DNA of 64,000 nt from an uncultured Nitrososphaerales archaeon (GCA_963709405.1 CAVPXM010000063.1:96001-160000), one strand, 5' to 3'. Positions 10,555 through 21,942 are shown, counted from the first letter of the stretch. A program made the numbers and translations. Notes: generated by a model not told the origin, from the letters alone.

Positions 10555-11890
10555 TTACTGTCCAATAAACGCCATGTTTTCTATCCGAATATATGGAATA
10601 ACCGAGTCTGAAAAGGACTTTCGTTCTCTTGAGATACCCGTGATATTAGATAAAGCCTCAAATACATTTCCTGCAATCATCACTTCCTTTACCGCGAAGC
10701 TTATCTCCCCATTCTGAATATAATGACCGCCCTTGACTACACCAGAGAATTCGCCATTTACGGGATTTACGTTTCCTGAGAATCTATTCAATACAATTCC
10801 TCGATCAATTTCAGAACTAAGAGTGTTCAAATCTTTTGACCCTGCATTAATTACTAGATTCGTTGACGATACTACAGGAGGTGAGCTTGGTGGTCCGGCA
10901 GCATTTCCTGTACTCTCTACGTTATTCTTCATTGCGGTGTAGGTGTTGTAAATAAACGACTTCAAGATACCTCCCTCGATAATCCTAGTTCGACCGTGTG
11001 GAACCCCTTCTCTATCAAAGCTAGCGAGCAGCTAGACTCTTAGAATCGGTGGGATCATCCTCGATAGTTAACGAATCTGATGATACAACTTGTCCAATTT
11101 TTCCTTTAAATGCGCTTGTTTCCTTTTGTACTGAATCCGAATTAATCGAATGAGCAATAACGTCGAGAAGTAATTCTGAAACAGCATTAGGGCTTAGAAT
11201 CATTTCTCCCTTAAAGCTCTCAATTTTCCTAGCGCCTAAGGAATTCAGTGTATTTTGGGCAAGTGTCTCGCCAGAAGAAGAGACCTTGATGTCGGCAAGC
11301 ATATGACAACCATCAGATTGAATGTCAAAACTAGAAACATCAGATCCGTCTATTGCCATGCCCAAAATCGACCAGAAAAATGATGTGATCTTCTCACTAT
11401 GTCTCACTCCGTTAGAATTGTATATCGAATGGATCATAAAGGAATTTGTGAAATTCCCACTATCAACACTTACTCTCTCGTCATATGATTTAGCTGCTTG
11501 TAGCATCTGGGAGGCCATGGTAGTACAACCGGCTATGGTAAACGATTCCGCGTTTTCATCGAACAGTTTAGGTTTCTGTATATCAGTGTTGGACACACAG
11601 GGCAATACATTGAATCTATCTGGAGGACTTGCGGCAGCGACCTTTAATGCCCGAAGAACACTCCGTCGAATGCTGTCCTTTGTAAGCGAGTTCGCATATG
11701 AAAAGCCTAGACGATGATTCACGAAAAGTCTAATACCAAGACCTCCCATGGTGTGCGATTTGGCCTGTTTGATATCGTTATTTTCAATAGAAACCTCTGA
11801 CTCGCGATTGTTTATCGCACATGCCTCTGCTTCAGTTGCTCCATTTATCTCTGCCTCCTTTACTGCAAATTCACAAATCGTATCAAGCAA
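10555..11890 (-). CDS. tldE: TldE/PmbA family protein, split by a 1-bp insertion near 11026
   Basis: Removing one base restores LAAASFDREGVPH; C-terminal NPVNGEFSG..GG..I.NGE; directly downstream of tldD. Confidence 0.87.
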
Positions 11891-11899
11891 TTCGAATGT

Positions 11900-13328
11900 T
11901 CACTCAAGACTCCCAACTGTTGCTTTGCATCGTAGATGCGGACCACCACCGTCCACTTTTGCTACCTGAAATTTTCCACAATATCCTGTTCCAATACCAT
12001 AACAAAAATCATCTCCTACCATGTCTACTGACTTTAATACCTCGAATGCATTTCCAGATATAGTTGCTCCTCGTTTCAAGTCTGTGATCTCACCTCCTTG
12101 AATGAGATGAAGCTCTTGAGCACCAAACATGAACTCTCCATTTGCGTCGGCCTGTCCATTTCTGGGGCCCTTAATTAGATAGCCGTATTTTGTTTCTTTG
12201 ATGATATCTTCTATCTTATCGTTTCCTGGCTTGATAAAAGTATTCCTCATTCTTATGATTGGCTCATCAGTGTATTCAAAAGCCCTCGCATTACCTGTCG
12301 GTTCGGTATCAAAAAGAAATGCAGTCTCTCTATTGTGTAGATAAGATCTTAATTTTCCATTTTCTATCAAGACAGTATCACCTGCAAGTACTCCCTCATC
12401 ATCCACTGCGATCGTCCCTGCTGCCGCTCCTGAGTACAGCGAACGCCCGCTGTCTACCAGAGTTACTTTCTCACTTGCCACCATCGTGTCTAACTTATCA
12501 CTTACTATCGAGCCGGACAGTACAAAGTCAGCTTCGACCATATGCCCAATTGCCTCATGGGAAATTAGTCCTACCATACCAGGATCCAGAATTACAGTGC
12601 TTCTTTCACCTGAGACGTGCTTTGCTTCAAGTAATCTTAAAGCTCTATGAGAAGCGCGCCTGGCGTACTGGACATGGTCATTTACTTGGAACAAATCCTT
12701 CCATCCACCAGTAACTCCTCTTCCTTCCGAAGCAGTGACGCTTTCGGCTCCTGAATTTGCTATACAGGTAATGCTAAATTCGGGTTTGGAATCAAAAGTT
12801 TCGAATTCAGCTCCATCGCTATTTACGATAGTTTTGTGATCTAGAATTTCCAGGTAACTGGAGTATGCTGACTTGATATCCACTGAACATTTTCTTGCCT
12901 CAGCTTCGGCCTCCTTTGTAACTTTGATTTTCTCCGCTATGTCTACTTCTTGAAGAGGGCCGTTGACCTTTGGTCTAAAAACGCCAGTGACGGGACGACG
13001 TAAAGGTCTCAAGCCTTTGACCTTTATCTTCTTGGTTGAAGAAAGGGCTTTCGCTGCCAGATATAGCTGTGGTAACACAATTCTCGAGCATCTCATCAGA
13101 CCTGCTATAAACACTACTAAACCCCCAACACCCATCAACAAGGGCTCTAACACAAAGTCCTGAGTTCTCAATTGTACTAATTTTCTCTAAATCTCCATTG
13201 CTAAATGCGACCTCGTTCAAGCTCCTAGCCTGATAACGAGCTTCAAGATAGTTTGTCTCATCAAATTTAGCCAACAATCTATTTAATCCCTCAATTGACA
13301 ATTCATAGTTCATACAAACACTACTCAA
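11900..13328 (-). CDS. tldD: TldD metalloprotease, split by a 1-bp insertion near 13058
   Basis: GLCVRALVDGCWGFSS, HEAIGHMVEAD zinc motif, DDEG, RMRNT, GYCGK. Confidence 0.9.
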
Positions 13329-13703
13329 AACAGCTTTTACCTTTAATTATATCTAACGAGAACGAATATTAGATGAGTCTCCTCGCCTCATGTCGGTGAA
13401 TTCCTAATTCTGTATATAGAATATCCATTAATGAGAATCGTGATTTATAATCTGCAGGTTAAGAATCTTTGCCAAAATCCTGCCCGGAAAATCTAGCGTA
13501 CCCTTTATCTATTGGACAAACCTTGGTTATGGCCTCAATTTTAGCTTTTAACTATGACCGATAATTAGATATTATACGAGTCACTCATATCGGACTCATG
13601 ATATATGATTCGTGTCAATTTGCGGCAATGAAAATGAGTGTCTTCACGTTAAACCAATACGACGCTTTTATTACCATTTACCTTGAAAGGTTTTGATCTT
13701 TAG

Positions 13704-14702
13704 TTGGATTTAATACCTGCCATACCGGCACCAGATTTTAGACAAATTTCATCTTGGCATAATTCTAAAAGTCTTTCAATTAACGACTTGAAGGGAAACG
13801 TTATACTTTTAGATTTTTGGACTTTTACATGTATTTTTTGTTTAAGAACAATTCCGTTAATGAAGATCTTGGATAAAAAATATTCTAGATATGGATTAAA
13901 AGTGATTCAGGCTCACTCGTCTGAATACGAGTTCGCCAGATTGACTGAGAATGTCCTAAACGCCCTTACTTATTATAACTTGGACAAAATTCCTGTTGCT
14001 ATCGATAGCAATAACAAGACCTGGGAAGCATACGGTAATAGTTACTGGCCAAAACACGTGCTTGTTGATAATAATGGTTTTGTACGATACGAACATGCAG
14101 GTTATGGTAACATCACTGATTTCGAAGAACAAGTACGTGAGCTCCTCGAAGAAGCTGGACATACTATATCTGAACCCTTAGAGGTAACCAACCCGCCAGA
14201 TGAAATATATGAAACCTATGGGATGCATTTTGATGGAATAGCTCCTGAAATTTGTGTAGGCTATTCGAGACTTAGGAAGTTTGGAAATAAGCAAAAGATG
14301 AAGCCCAATGAGATCAATATTGCAACTGACCAAGGTATCCATTTGAATAATGTTGTCTATCTTCGTGGCGCATGGGTTTGGGAAAAAGAAGGGGTGAGAT
14401 CTTGTGCTAAGGCAGACGACGCCTCTTCTATAGCCATCAAATATAATTCAGCTTCGCGAGTCCATGCAATAATGGGTACCTATGATCGAAATCCCGGTAC
14501 CATTAAGATAAAGTTAGATGGGAAACCTCTTACTCGGAATCAGTTGGGAAGGAATGCGAAACTTGAAGCAGGATCAGCGACCTGTACTTTTGGAGCGCCA
14601 TTAATCTATAACTTGGTGAATACTCAAGTCAAAGAAACGCACGAGATAGAAATTTTTGCATCTTCAGATAACATCATTTTCTATACTTTTGTCTTTGGCT
14701 AG
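13704..14702 (+). CDS. Redoxin (TlpA/DipZ-like thioredoxin with C-terminal DipZ-type beta domain)
   Basis: LLDFWTFTCIFCLR, YGNSYWP, C-terminal YTFVFG. Confidence 0.8.
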   Translation: MDLIPAIPAPDFRQISSWHNSKSLSINDLKGNVILLDFWTFTCIFCLRTIPLMKILDKKYSRYGLKVIQAHSSEYEFARLTENVLNALTYYNLDKIPVAIDSNNKTWEAYGNSYWPKHVLVDNNGFVRYEHAGYGNITDFEEQVRELLEEAGHTISEPLEVTNPPDEIYETYGMHFDGIAPEICVGYSRLRKFGNKQKMKPNEINIATDQGIHLNNVVYLRGAWVWEKEGVRSCAKADDASSIAIKYNSASRVHAIMGTYDRNPGTIKIKLDGKPLTRNQLGRNAKLEAGSATCTFGAPLIYNLVNTQVKETHEIEIFASSDNIIFYTFVFG

Positions 14703-15142
14703 AGTTATCTAACACCGGCCGAGATCTCCTGCCTGACCAGCTCAGGACTAAAAGATTTGGTTTGAACCCATCTAGTCATGCCTCAAGCTTGTGGGCCAAA
14801 TCATGACGCAATACTCTTATTTTTCGTGATGTAAATAATTCCATCACGGTAAAGGTTCTCGGACTGATCTCCGTATGATTCATCTATTTACGTAGTACCT
14901 AAAAAAACACACTCATGCCTAGCGCAGATTCAGCATTATAAAAAAACCGCGATTAAAATCAGTAGGACATTCTGGGCACAATTGCTGTACAGAACTTTTG
15001 ATTCTTAATTGTCTTAATTTGAAGTGAGTTAGATTGGCCGTTTCCTATTAATATACATGCCAGTCGTTCTAAGTTAGCTACATCTAAATCTAAGATACCT
15101 GAGAGGTGAAGATTTTATTATTATAAGAATATATCATGAATC

Positions 15143-15646
15143 ATGGAAGATATTGATTCTGTTGCAAGCCCAAAAGAAGGCGACGTAGCGCCGGATATTG
15201 GATTCGAAGACAAGGACGGCAAAAGTGTAAAATTATCGGACTATCGAGGTAAGAAGAACGTAGTACTTTATTTTTATCCCAAGGATTTCACTCCAGGGTG
15301 TTCAATTGAAGCTGAGGAATTTAGTGGTGACTATGAAGAGTTTAAAGCGAAGGAGATTGAGATTTTAGGCATCAGCTCAGATGATAGCGAATCGCACAAG
15401 AGATTTAGGCAAAAATTGAATATACCGTATATCCTTGTGTCCGATCCGGACCACCTTTATTCAAAAAAATATGGTGTTTACGGGAACAAAAAGTTCATGG
15501 GAAAAGAATACATGGGAATAACCCGCTCTACTTTCCTAGTTGACAAACAGGGAAGAATAATAAAAATATTCTACAAAGTTAAGCCATCTGGTCACAGCAG
15601 AGAAGTTAGAGAGATATTTGCGGCTTACAATTCACCAGAATCTTGA
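15143..15646 (+). CDS. bcp: Peroxiredoxin BCP/PrxQ
   Basis: VVLYFYPKDFTPGC, RSTFLVD..G.I. Confidence 0.9.
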   Translation: MEDIDSVASPKEGDVAPDIGFEDKDGKSVKLSDYRGKKNVVLYFYPKDFTPGCSIEAEEFSGDYEEFKAKEIEILGISSDDSESHKRFRQKLNIPYILVSDPDHLYSKKYGVYGNKKFMGKEYMGITRSTFLVDKQGRIIKIFYKVKPSGHSREVREIFAAYNSPES

Positions 15647-15656
15647 AGAGTAAGTA

Positions 15657-15744
15657 TGGTGCGGGAGATGGGATTTGAACCCACGAACCCCTGAGGGATA
15701 AGAGCCTCAGTCTTACGCCTTTGGCCAAGCTGGGCGACTCCCGC
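15657..15744 (-). tRNA. tRNA-Leu(GAG), CCA encoded
   Basis: Reverse complement GCGGGAG..CTCCCGC-A-CCA acceptor stem, TAAGA-CT-GAG-GC-TCTTA anticodon arm, long variable arm, GTTCAAATC T-loop. Confidence 0.95.
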
Positions 15745-15873
15745 ATTTGTTAAAATTCGTTCGGTGCGCTAATTTGAATATTACCACTCATCGTAGGTAG
15801 GAATACACAATGGGTCGACAAATGAAGCGGCATTCTGTAAAATTTTGTCATGATTCGAAGTATTGTAATGATT

Positions 15874-15880
15874 TTTATAA
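15874..15880 (+). promoter_or_regulatory. Putative TATA box for the rpoN superoperon
   Basis: TTTATAA ending about 22 nt before GTG 15902. Confidence 0.45.
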
Positions 15881-15901
15881 GTGTCTGAGATAAAACAAAA
15901 G

Positions 15902-16135
15902 GTGCTAGTTCCAGTCCGCTGTTTCACTTGTGGTAAGATGGTCGGTGACAAATATCCTGAGTATGTCAACAGGATTAAAACTGAAGATCCAAGAAAAGTT
16001 ATGGACTCCCTAGGAGTAACTCGATATTGCTGCAGAAGGATGTTCGTATCGAGTCTAGAAACAATCTATCAGGTTATTCCCTATTACGAAGCATTGAGAA
16101 GAAGAAAGTCAGAAATCCAATCTGAGATAGAATAA
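15902..16135 (+). CDS. rpoN: DNA-directed RNA polymerase subunit N (Rpo10)
   Basis: LVPVRCFTCG..RYCCRRM; start placed at GTG 15902 from family length and TATA spacing. Confidence 0.95.
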   Translation: MLVPVRCFTCGKMVGDKYPEYVNRIKTEDPRKVMDSLGVTRYCCRRMFVSSLETIYQVIPYYEALRRRKSEIQSEIE

Positions 16136-16144
16136 CATACAAAA

Positions 16145-17392
16145 ATGCCTGTGATTACGGCTGTTAAAGGTCGTCTAGTATTTAATAGTCGAGGAAATAA
16201 AACTATTGAAGTTGACGTCTCGTCTGATCGTAAATTTGTTGGTAGAGCATGCGCGCCGTCTGGCGCAAGTGTTGGAATCCATGAAGTACAGAGTTTCCCG
16301 GACAATAGTCCTGAAAAGGCTCTGAGCACACTCCACGAAAATGTTGGAGACTTTATTGGGACAGATTCGTCTGATCAGCGAGCGATTTACGACGTAATGA
16401 AAAAAATTGATTCCTCTCCGGACTATGCAACTTTAGGCGGTGCCACAGCATTTGCTTTGAGCATCGCAGCACTGGAGTCTTGTTCGAAGGCGTTGGACGA
16501 ACCAATGTTTAAAGTACTAAAACAATCGAAACCTTATAAATTTCCCTTCCCATTAGGTAATGTTTTAGGAGGAGGTGCCCATGCTGGACCCGGCTCACCA
16601 GACATCCAAGAAATCTTGGTCAGTCCAATAGGCGCCAGAAGGATTGATGATGCTGTGGCTATGAATTTTAGAGTCCATCGAGAAGTTGGAAAGGTGATTG
16701 AATCCGTTGATAAGCGATTTACTTTTGGAAAGGGCGACGAAGGTGCATGGGCACCTAATATAGACAACGATAAAGCGATCGAAATCGTCGAAAAAGCTGT
16801 AGCCAATTGTGGATTCGCTCTGGGCAAAGAATTGGCCATTGGTATTGATTTTGCGAGTTCTTCTCTGTGGAATGAAAAGACTAAACGTTATGAGTACGTT
16901 CGGCAAGGAGTAAGCCGCACTAGCGAAGAGCAAATCAATTTCGTAAATGATCTTATTAAGAGATATAGACTATTCTACGTTGAGGACCCCGTCAATGAGG
17001 AAGACTTTGATAGTATGGCTTCCATTACTCAACACAACAGCACCTGCTTGATAACAGGAGATGATATGCTAGTTACGAATGCCTCATTAGTGAGAAAGGC
17101 TGTTAGCAAGGGGGCCTGCAGTGGTGCTATTCTAAAGGTAAATCAGGCCGGAAGTCTTTACGAATCATTGCTATTTGCAAAAGAGTGTATCGAAAATAAT
17201 ATTAGAATAATAACATCGCATAGATCTGGCGAATCAACCGATTCCCATATTTCACACATCGCAATTGCCACCGACTCCACATTCCTAAAGACTGGGGTAT
17301 TGGGAGGCGAGCGAGTTGCAAAGCTGAATGAGCTTTTACGTATCTCAGAGTATGGTTTAATAGAAGGCATGGCTGAGATTCATTTTGGTTAA
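16145..17392 (+). CDS. eno: Enolase
   Basis: NSRGNKTIEVDV, APSGASVG.HE, GDEG, LKVNQAG, SHRSGES. Confidence 0.95.
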   Translation: MPVITAVKGRLVFNSRGNKTIEVDVSSDRKFVGRACAPSGASVGIHEVQSFPDNSPEKALSTLHENVGDFIGTDSSDQRAIYDVMKKIDSSPDYATLGGATAFALSIAALESCSKALDEPMFKVLKQSKPYKFPFPLGNVLGGGAHAGPGSPDIQEILVSPIGARRIDDAVAMNFRVHREVGKVIESVDKRFTFGKGDEGAWAPNIDNDKAIEIVEKAVANCGFALGKELAIGIDFASSSLWNEKTKRYEYVRQGVSRTSEEQINFVNDLIKRYRLFYVEDPVNEEDFDSMASITQHNSTCLITGDDMLVTNASLVRKAVSKGACSGAILKVNQAGSLYESLLFAKECIENNIRIITSHRSGESTDSHISHIAIATDSTFLKTGVLGGERVAKLNELLRISEYGLIEGMAEIHFG

Positions 17393-17394
17393 AA

Positions 17395-18195
17395 ATGGCT
17401 AGTGACGATAATAACGAAACTCCTAGTGAAGTTTTGGATAATAGAGATGCAAAGGATACTCAAGATGACTCACAAGTAAAGGGTGAAATCACTAACAACG
17501 AGACCGAGGATTCTGATAACCTGGATCCTGAAGATGCGGTATTAGCAGAGACCACTGAAGAGACCCAAACAATCGACGCGAGTTATTCTACTGAAGATAA
17601 CTTAGAAAAAATGATTCTCTCCACTGGAATTCGTGTGGGTACGCCAGTAAAGACAAAGTTCATGGCACCGTTCATCGTTAGAGCCAACCCGGAAGGTTTG
17701 TACATCCTTGACATCAGCAAGACATTGGCAAGAATAGATATTGCTGCAAAGTTTATTGGACGTTCAGATATTTCTAGAGTTGCAGTAGCATCAGCTAGAG
17801 AATATGGCAAGACGCCCGTAGAAAAATTCTGTGAACTAACAGGTGCGATCCCAATCTTGGGCAGGTTTATGCCTGGCACATTCACAAATCCATCTTTGCC
17901 TAAATATATGGAGCCGGAGATTGTAATTGTAACAGATCCTCAAGCAGACCAGCAAGGCGTGCTCGAAGCAACCCGAGCGGGCGTACCTGTAATAGCAATT
18001 GCCAATAGTGATAATGTCACGTCAAAGGTAGATCTGGTAATTCCAGCAAATAACAGGGGTAGGAAGGCTCTTGCTACCGTTTACTGGTTACTAGCCCGCG
18101 AAGTAATGAAAAAACAAGGGACCATCAAGTCGGATAATGAGATGAGGACTTCGATAGACGACTTTGAAACCAAGTTAGTCGAGGAGCTATCTTGA
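17395..18195 (+). CDS. rps2: 30S ribosomal protein uS2 with acidic N-terminal extension
   Basis: GRFMPGTFTNP, VDLVIPANNRGRKAL. Confidence 0.95.
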   Translation: MASDDNNETPSEVLDNRDAKDTQDDSQVKGEITNNETEDSDNLDPEDAVLAETTEETQTIDASYSTEDNLEKMILSTGIRVGTPVKTKFMAPFIVRANPEGLYILDISKTLARIDIAAKFIGRSDISRVAVASAREYGKTPVEKFCELTGAIPILGRFMPGTFTNPSLPKYMEPEIVIVTDPQADQQGVLEATRAGVPVIAIANSDNVTSKVDLVIPANNRGRKALATVYWLLAREVMKKQGTIKSDNEMRTSIDDFETKLVEELS

Positions 18196-19046
18196 TTTTC
18201 GAACCCACGAGACCGCCGGCAGTAGCTGGTTTATTTTATCCGGCTGATCACGATGAGCTCACACAATCGATTCAACATGCTTTCGTGGATTCACAGTACG
18301 GACCTGGGAGACTTCCTCCAAAGTTAAGGTCCGAGGAACGCATTTATGGGATAATATCACCACATGCAGGGATACCCTATTCTGGTGCAGTCGCTGCAAA
18401 TGGCTTTTATGCAGTCTCACCAGCAGATTACAAAGATATTGTCCTGATAGGCCCCAATCATTACGGAATCGGATCGATGGTAGCAATAATGAAAAATGGG
18501 AGCTGGGCAACACCCTTAGGCGTAGTTAAAATTAATTCCGATCTAGCCCATTCGATTGCAAAAAATTCTAGAGTCATTAAGGACGATGAATTTGCCCATA
18601 GTAGAGATCATTGTCTAGAAGTCCAGATACCATTTTTCTTATTTATATGGAGGAGGGAATTTAGAATTGTTCCTATAATTATGGTGACGCAGGATATGCA
18701 GACCTCAATTGACGTAGGGAGATCGATCGCTCAGGCAGTTTCTGGATCTAATAATACCCTGCTATTGGCTTCATCTGATTTTACCCATTACGAACCGAAC
18801 GAAGAGGCACATAGAAAGGATACTAAATTAATAGATTCGATCCTGGCCATGGATGTTGCAAGTTTCTATTCCACATTAGAGCGAGAACGTGTTTCTGCAT
18901 GTGGTTACGGGGCAATTGCTTCGGTCATGACTGCCGCTAGATTATGCGGAGCAACCCAAGGGAAACTGTTGCGTTATGCAACGAGTGGAGACGTTACTGG
19001 AGATGATGACGCAGTAGTTGGCTACTCTTCTATAGCGTTTGTATGA
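18192..19046 (+). CDS. MEMO1 family protein (AmmeMemoRadiSam protein B)
   Basis: RPPAVAGLFYP, PHAG..YSG, GPNH, HCLEVQIPF, SSDFTHY, SACG, VVGY. Confidence 0.9.
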   Translation: MIFEPTRPPAVAGLFYPADHDELTQSIQHAFVDSQYGPGRLPPKLRSEERIYGIISPHAGIPYSGAVAANGFYAVSPADYKDIVLIGPNHYGIGSMVAIMKNGSWATPLGVVKINSDLAHSIAKNSRVIKDDEFAHSRDHCLEVQIPFFLFIWRREFRIVPIIMVTQDMQTSIDVGRSIAQAVSGSNNTLLLASSDFTHYEPNEEAHRKDTKLIDSILAMDVASFYSTLERERVSACGYGAIASVMTAARLCGATQGKLLRYATSGDVTGDDDAVVGYSSIAFV

Positions 19047-20027
19047 GTAAACTCAGATCTAGTTCCATTGCCTCTGCACCTGCAAAGGTCATTCTCTTTG
19101 GGGAGCATTTTGTTGTTTATAATATGCCCGCAATCTTAGTGTCTGTTAATAAGCGTATACAAGTTCAAGCCCGACTGATATCAGAGAAGGGTATTCACAT
19201 TCTATCGGACATCAAGGAACCCTTACATTACACATCGATGAAATGCGAATCACAAGTATCAGATGATATTGGGAATAATTCACTCTATCCTATCTGCGAT
19301 GCTGTGTTAAGGACCATTTGCAACAGAAACCTAGACACAGGAATCCAAATCGAAATCAAGTCCGATATTCCAGTTGGCGTTGGCCTGGGCTCATCTGGCG
19401 CAAGTTGCGTAGCTACGGTAGGCAGCAATTGAATATTTGTTTGACGTGCCTGATAGGAAACGAATTTGTTCAAAGGCAATTGAATCAGAGGCCCTTATCC
19501 ATAAGGGCTCCTCCGGAGCTGACTGCTTTGCATCTACTTTTGGTGGGATCATATACTACGTGAAAAATCATGGGTTTGATAGGATCAGTTTCCTTAAGAT
19601 GCCTCCTCTGATATTATTAAACAGCGGTGTAAAACATTCTACGTGGTCAATGGTATCTAGAGTTGAAAAATTTAAGGCTCAGAATGAATCAAAATTTAGC
19701 GAGTTATGTGTGCGAGCTTCCGAAATCTGTGAAAAAGGTAGGATGGCAATTCGAACTGGTCAAATAGAAGAAATTGGAAAATTAATGAATCAAAATCATG
19801 AGTTACTTCAAAATATTGGAGCATCACATGAGAAAATAGATGAATTAGTGGAGATTTGTAATAGAAACGGTGCATTAGGGTCCAAACTCACTGGCGCAGG
19901 CGGCGGAGGTAGCGTGATCACATTAGTGGAGGAAAAAGACCGTAAAAAAATGATCTCCGAAGTTATAAAACGTAATTGCGAAGTCATCCCGGTCGTAATT
20001 GACAACCGTGGTTTAGAGATACGCTAA
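19043..20027 (+). CDS. mvk: Mevalonate kinase, split by a 1-bp insertion near 19421
   Basis: APAKVILFGEHFVVY, PVGVGLGSSGA, HKGSSGAD, KLTGAGGGG; repaired junction reads ATVAAIEYLFD. Confidence 0.92.
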
Positions 20028-20066
20028 ACTTTAAATCCACATGAAAATTACCGTCTTCTAGAAAAT

Positions 20067-20864
20067 ATGAGCACTGGCCTACTGTTAATCAAGCTGGGTG
20101 GATCAGTGGTTACCTTCAAAGAAAAGCGTCTTTCTGCCAATCATGAAGCAATTGAAAGTATTTGTAAAACACTTAAGAAAATTAGTATACCTACTATTAT
20201 AGTGCACGGAGGAGGCTCGTTCGGTCATTATTGGTCGGTCAAATATAATATGCATACTCGTCCTGCGCGATATGATCCTCGGGGTGTATCGATCGTTCAC
20301 CAATCAATGGTAACACTTAATGAGATAATAGTTAATGCAATGACAAAACACAATCTATTGCCATATTCGATTATGCCTAATGCTTTAACGGTCAGATCAA
20401 AACCTTCTAAAGAGAAACTGATGGAACTTCGAATCATAGCCCATAGAAAAATTATACCGGTTACTTTTGGTGATGTTGTTCATGTCGGGAGCGGAAAATT
20501 TTCAATTTTATCTGGCGATGTATTGATGACTATGCTTGCCAAAGCTCTAAAGCCTTCGAAAGTCATCTTTGCTGTCAATGTTGACGGAGTATACCAAGAT
20601 TTGAAGAGCGGTCAAATCGTAAGTGAAATCGATGACATTAGCTTCAAATCACTTGAACTTTCCAAAGTAAAGTCAGATGCTACAGGAGGCATGAGACGGA
20701 AGCTATCTGAAGCCCTTAAGATGGCTGCTTCAGGAATAAACGTTATGATGATTAATGGATTAAAGCCTTGGAGAATAACTAACGTAGCTGCTGGCGACAA
20801 TTTTGAAGGGACCATAATAAGGGCCTCAAGCAGGAGCAAACTAAGATATGCCAGACACATCTGA
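20067..20864 (+). CDS. ipk: Isopentenyl phosphate kinase
   Basis: IKLGGSVVT.K, VHGGGSFGH, ILSGD, DATGGM..K; between mvk and fni. Confidence 0.88.
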   Translation: MSTGLLLIKLGGSVVTFKEKRLSANHEAIESICKTLKKISIPTIIVHGGGSFGHYWSVKYNMHTRPARYDPRGVSIVHQSMVTLNEIIVNAMTKHNLLPYSIMPNALTVRSKPSKEKLMELRIIAHRKIIPVTFGDVVHVGSGKFSILSGDVLMTMLAKALKPSKVIFAVNVDGVYQDLKSGQIVSEIDDISFKSLELSKVKSDATGGMRRKLSEALKMAASGINVMMINGLKPWRITNVAAGDNFEGTIIRASSRSKLRYARHI

Positions 20865-21942
20865 TTTTTCTTCCGATATAGATATCATATCTCAAAGGAA
20901 GAAAGAGGGCATAGAGATACCGTTACATAGAAATGTTCAAGCAAGATTGACGTCGACACATCTAGAATTCGTTAAATTCGTACATAACGCCTTGCCAGAG
21001 ATCGATTATGACGAAATTGATACTTCAACTACATTTTTAAACACTCCCTTCCGTGCTCCCATTATGATAGATTCTATGACTGGCGGAACAAATGAGGCGA
21101 CAAAAATAAATGCCAGATTAGGGAATCTTGCCGAAAAGTATGGATTTGCAATGGGTGTTGGCAGTCAACGTGCAGGTCTACTAAATGAGAAGATGGCTGA
21201 CACCTATTTGGTAGCTCGAAGGAATGCACCTAATGCGTTTTTAATTGCCAATATCGGTGGGGCTCAATTGGCGAAGGGCTTGGGTATAGACGAGATTGAA
21301 AAGATCATAGACATGATTAAGGCCAATGCCTTGGCTATCCATCTTAATCCATTGCAAGAGCTTATTCAACCTGAGGGAGAACCGAAATATAAAGGGGTCC
21401 TAGAAAGGATTTCTGATGTAATCAAGGATGTTTCAGTTCCTGTCATAGTAAAGGAGGTGGGTGCAGGAATCTCTAGAGAGGTCGCACTACGATTGGAAAA
21501 GGTTGGCGTATCAGCCATAAATATAGCTGGCACTGGTGGCACGAGCTGGGCAGCCGTAGAAAAGATTCGTGCTGAATCAGTAATGGATAGTACCAGGATT
21601 CATTTAGGAGAATTGTTTTGGGATTGGGGAATACCTACAGCTGTTAGTGTAATGGAGGTAGGAAGCGTGCTCGAGCACACGCCCATTATAGCTTCAGGCG
21701 GATTGCGCAGTGGTTTAGACATGGCCAAATGTATAGCGTTGGGTTCGACGATGTGCGCAATGGCATATCCATTTCTGCGACAAGCTGATGAATCCATGGA
21801 GAAGCTGTTAACCTTTGCTGATACAGTGTTGGCCGAGTCTAAAGATACCATGTTCCTGATAGGCGCGAGGAATGTTCAAGCAATTAAGAGCTCAAGATAT
21901 ATATTGACAGGAGCTTTAGCAACAAGAGTCGAAGATAGATGA
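20848..21942 (+). CDS. fni: Type 2 isopentenyl-diphosphate delta-isomerase
   Basis: SMTGG, GVGSQRA, HLNPLQE..QPEG, VKEVGAG, GGTSW. Confidence 0.94.
   Translation: MPDTSDFSSDIDIISQRKKEGIEIPLHRNVQARLTSTHLEFVKFVHNALPEIDYDEIDTSTTFLNTPFRAPIMIDSMTGGTNEATKINARLGNLAEKYGFAMGVGSQRAGLLNEKMADTYLVARRNAPNAFLIANIGGAQLAKGLGIDEIEKIIDMIKANALAIHLNPLQELIQPEGEPKYKGVLERISDVIKDVSVPVIVKEVGAGISREVALRLEKVGVSAINIAGTGGTSWAAVEKIRAESVMDSTRIHLGELFWDWGIPTAVSVMEVGSVLEHTPIIASGGLRSGLDMAKCIALGSTMCAMAYPFLRQADESMEKLLTFADTVLAESKDTMFLIGARNVQAIKSSRYILTGALATRVEDR

Noticed and set aside
11015-11035. Programmed frameshifting or Sec/Pyl readthrough at split genes such as the tldE TAG
   Set aside because: The downstream parts are in a different frame rather than behind an in-frame stop, and no slippery heptamers are present at the junctions
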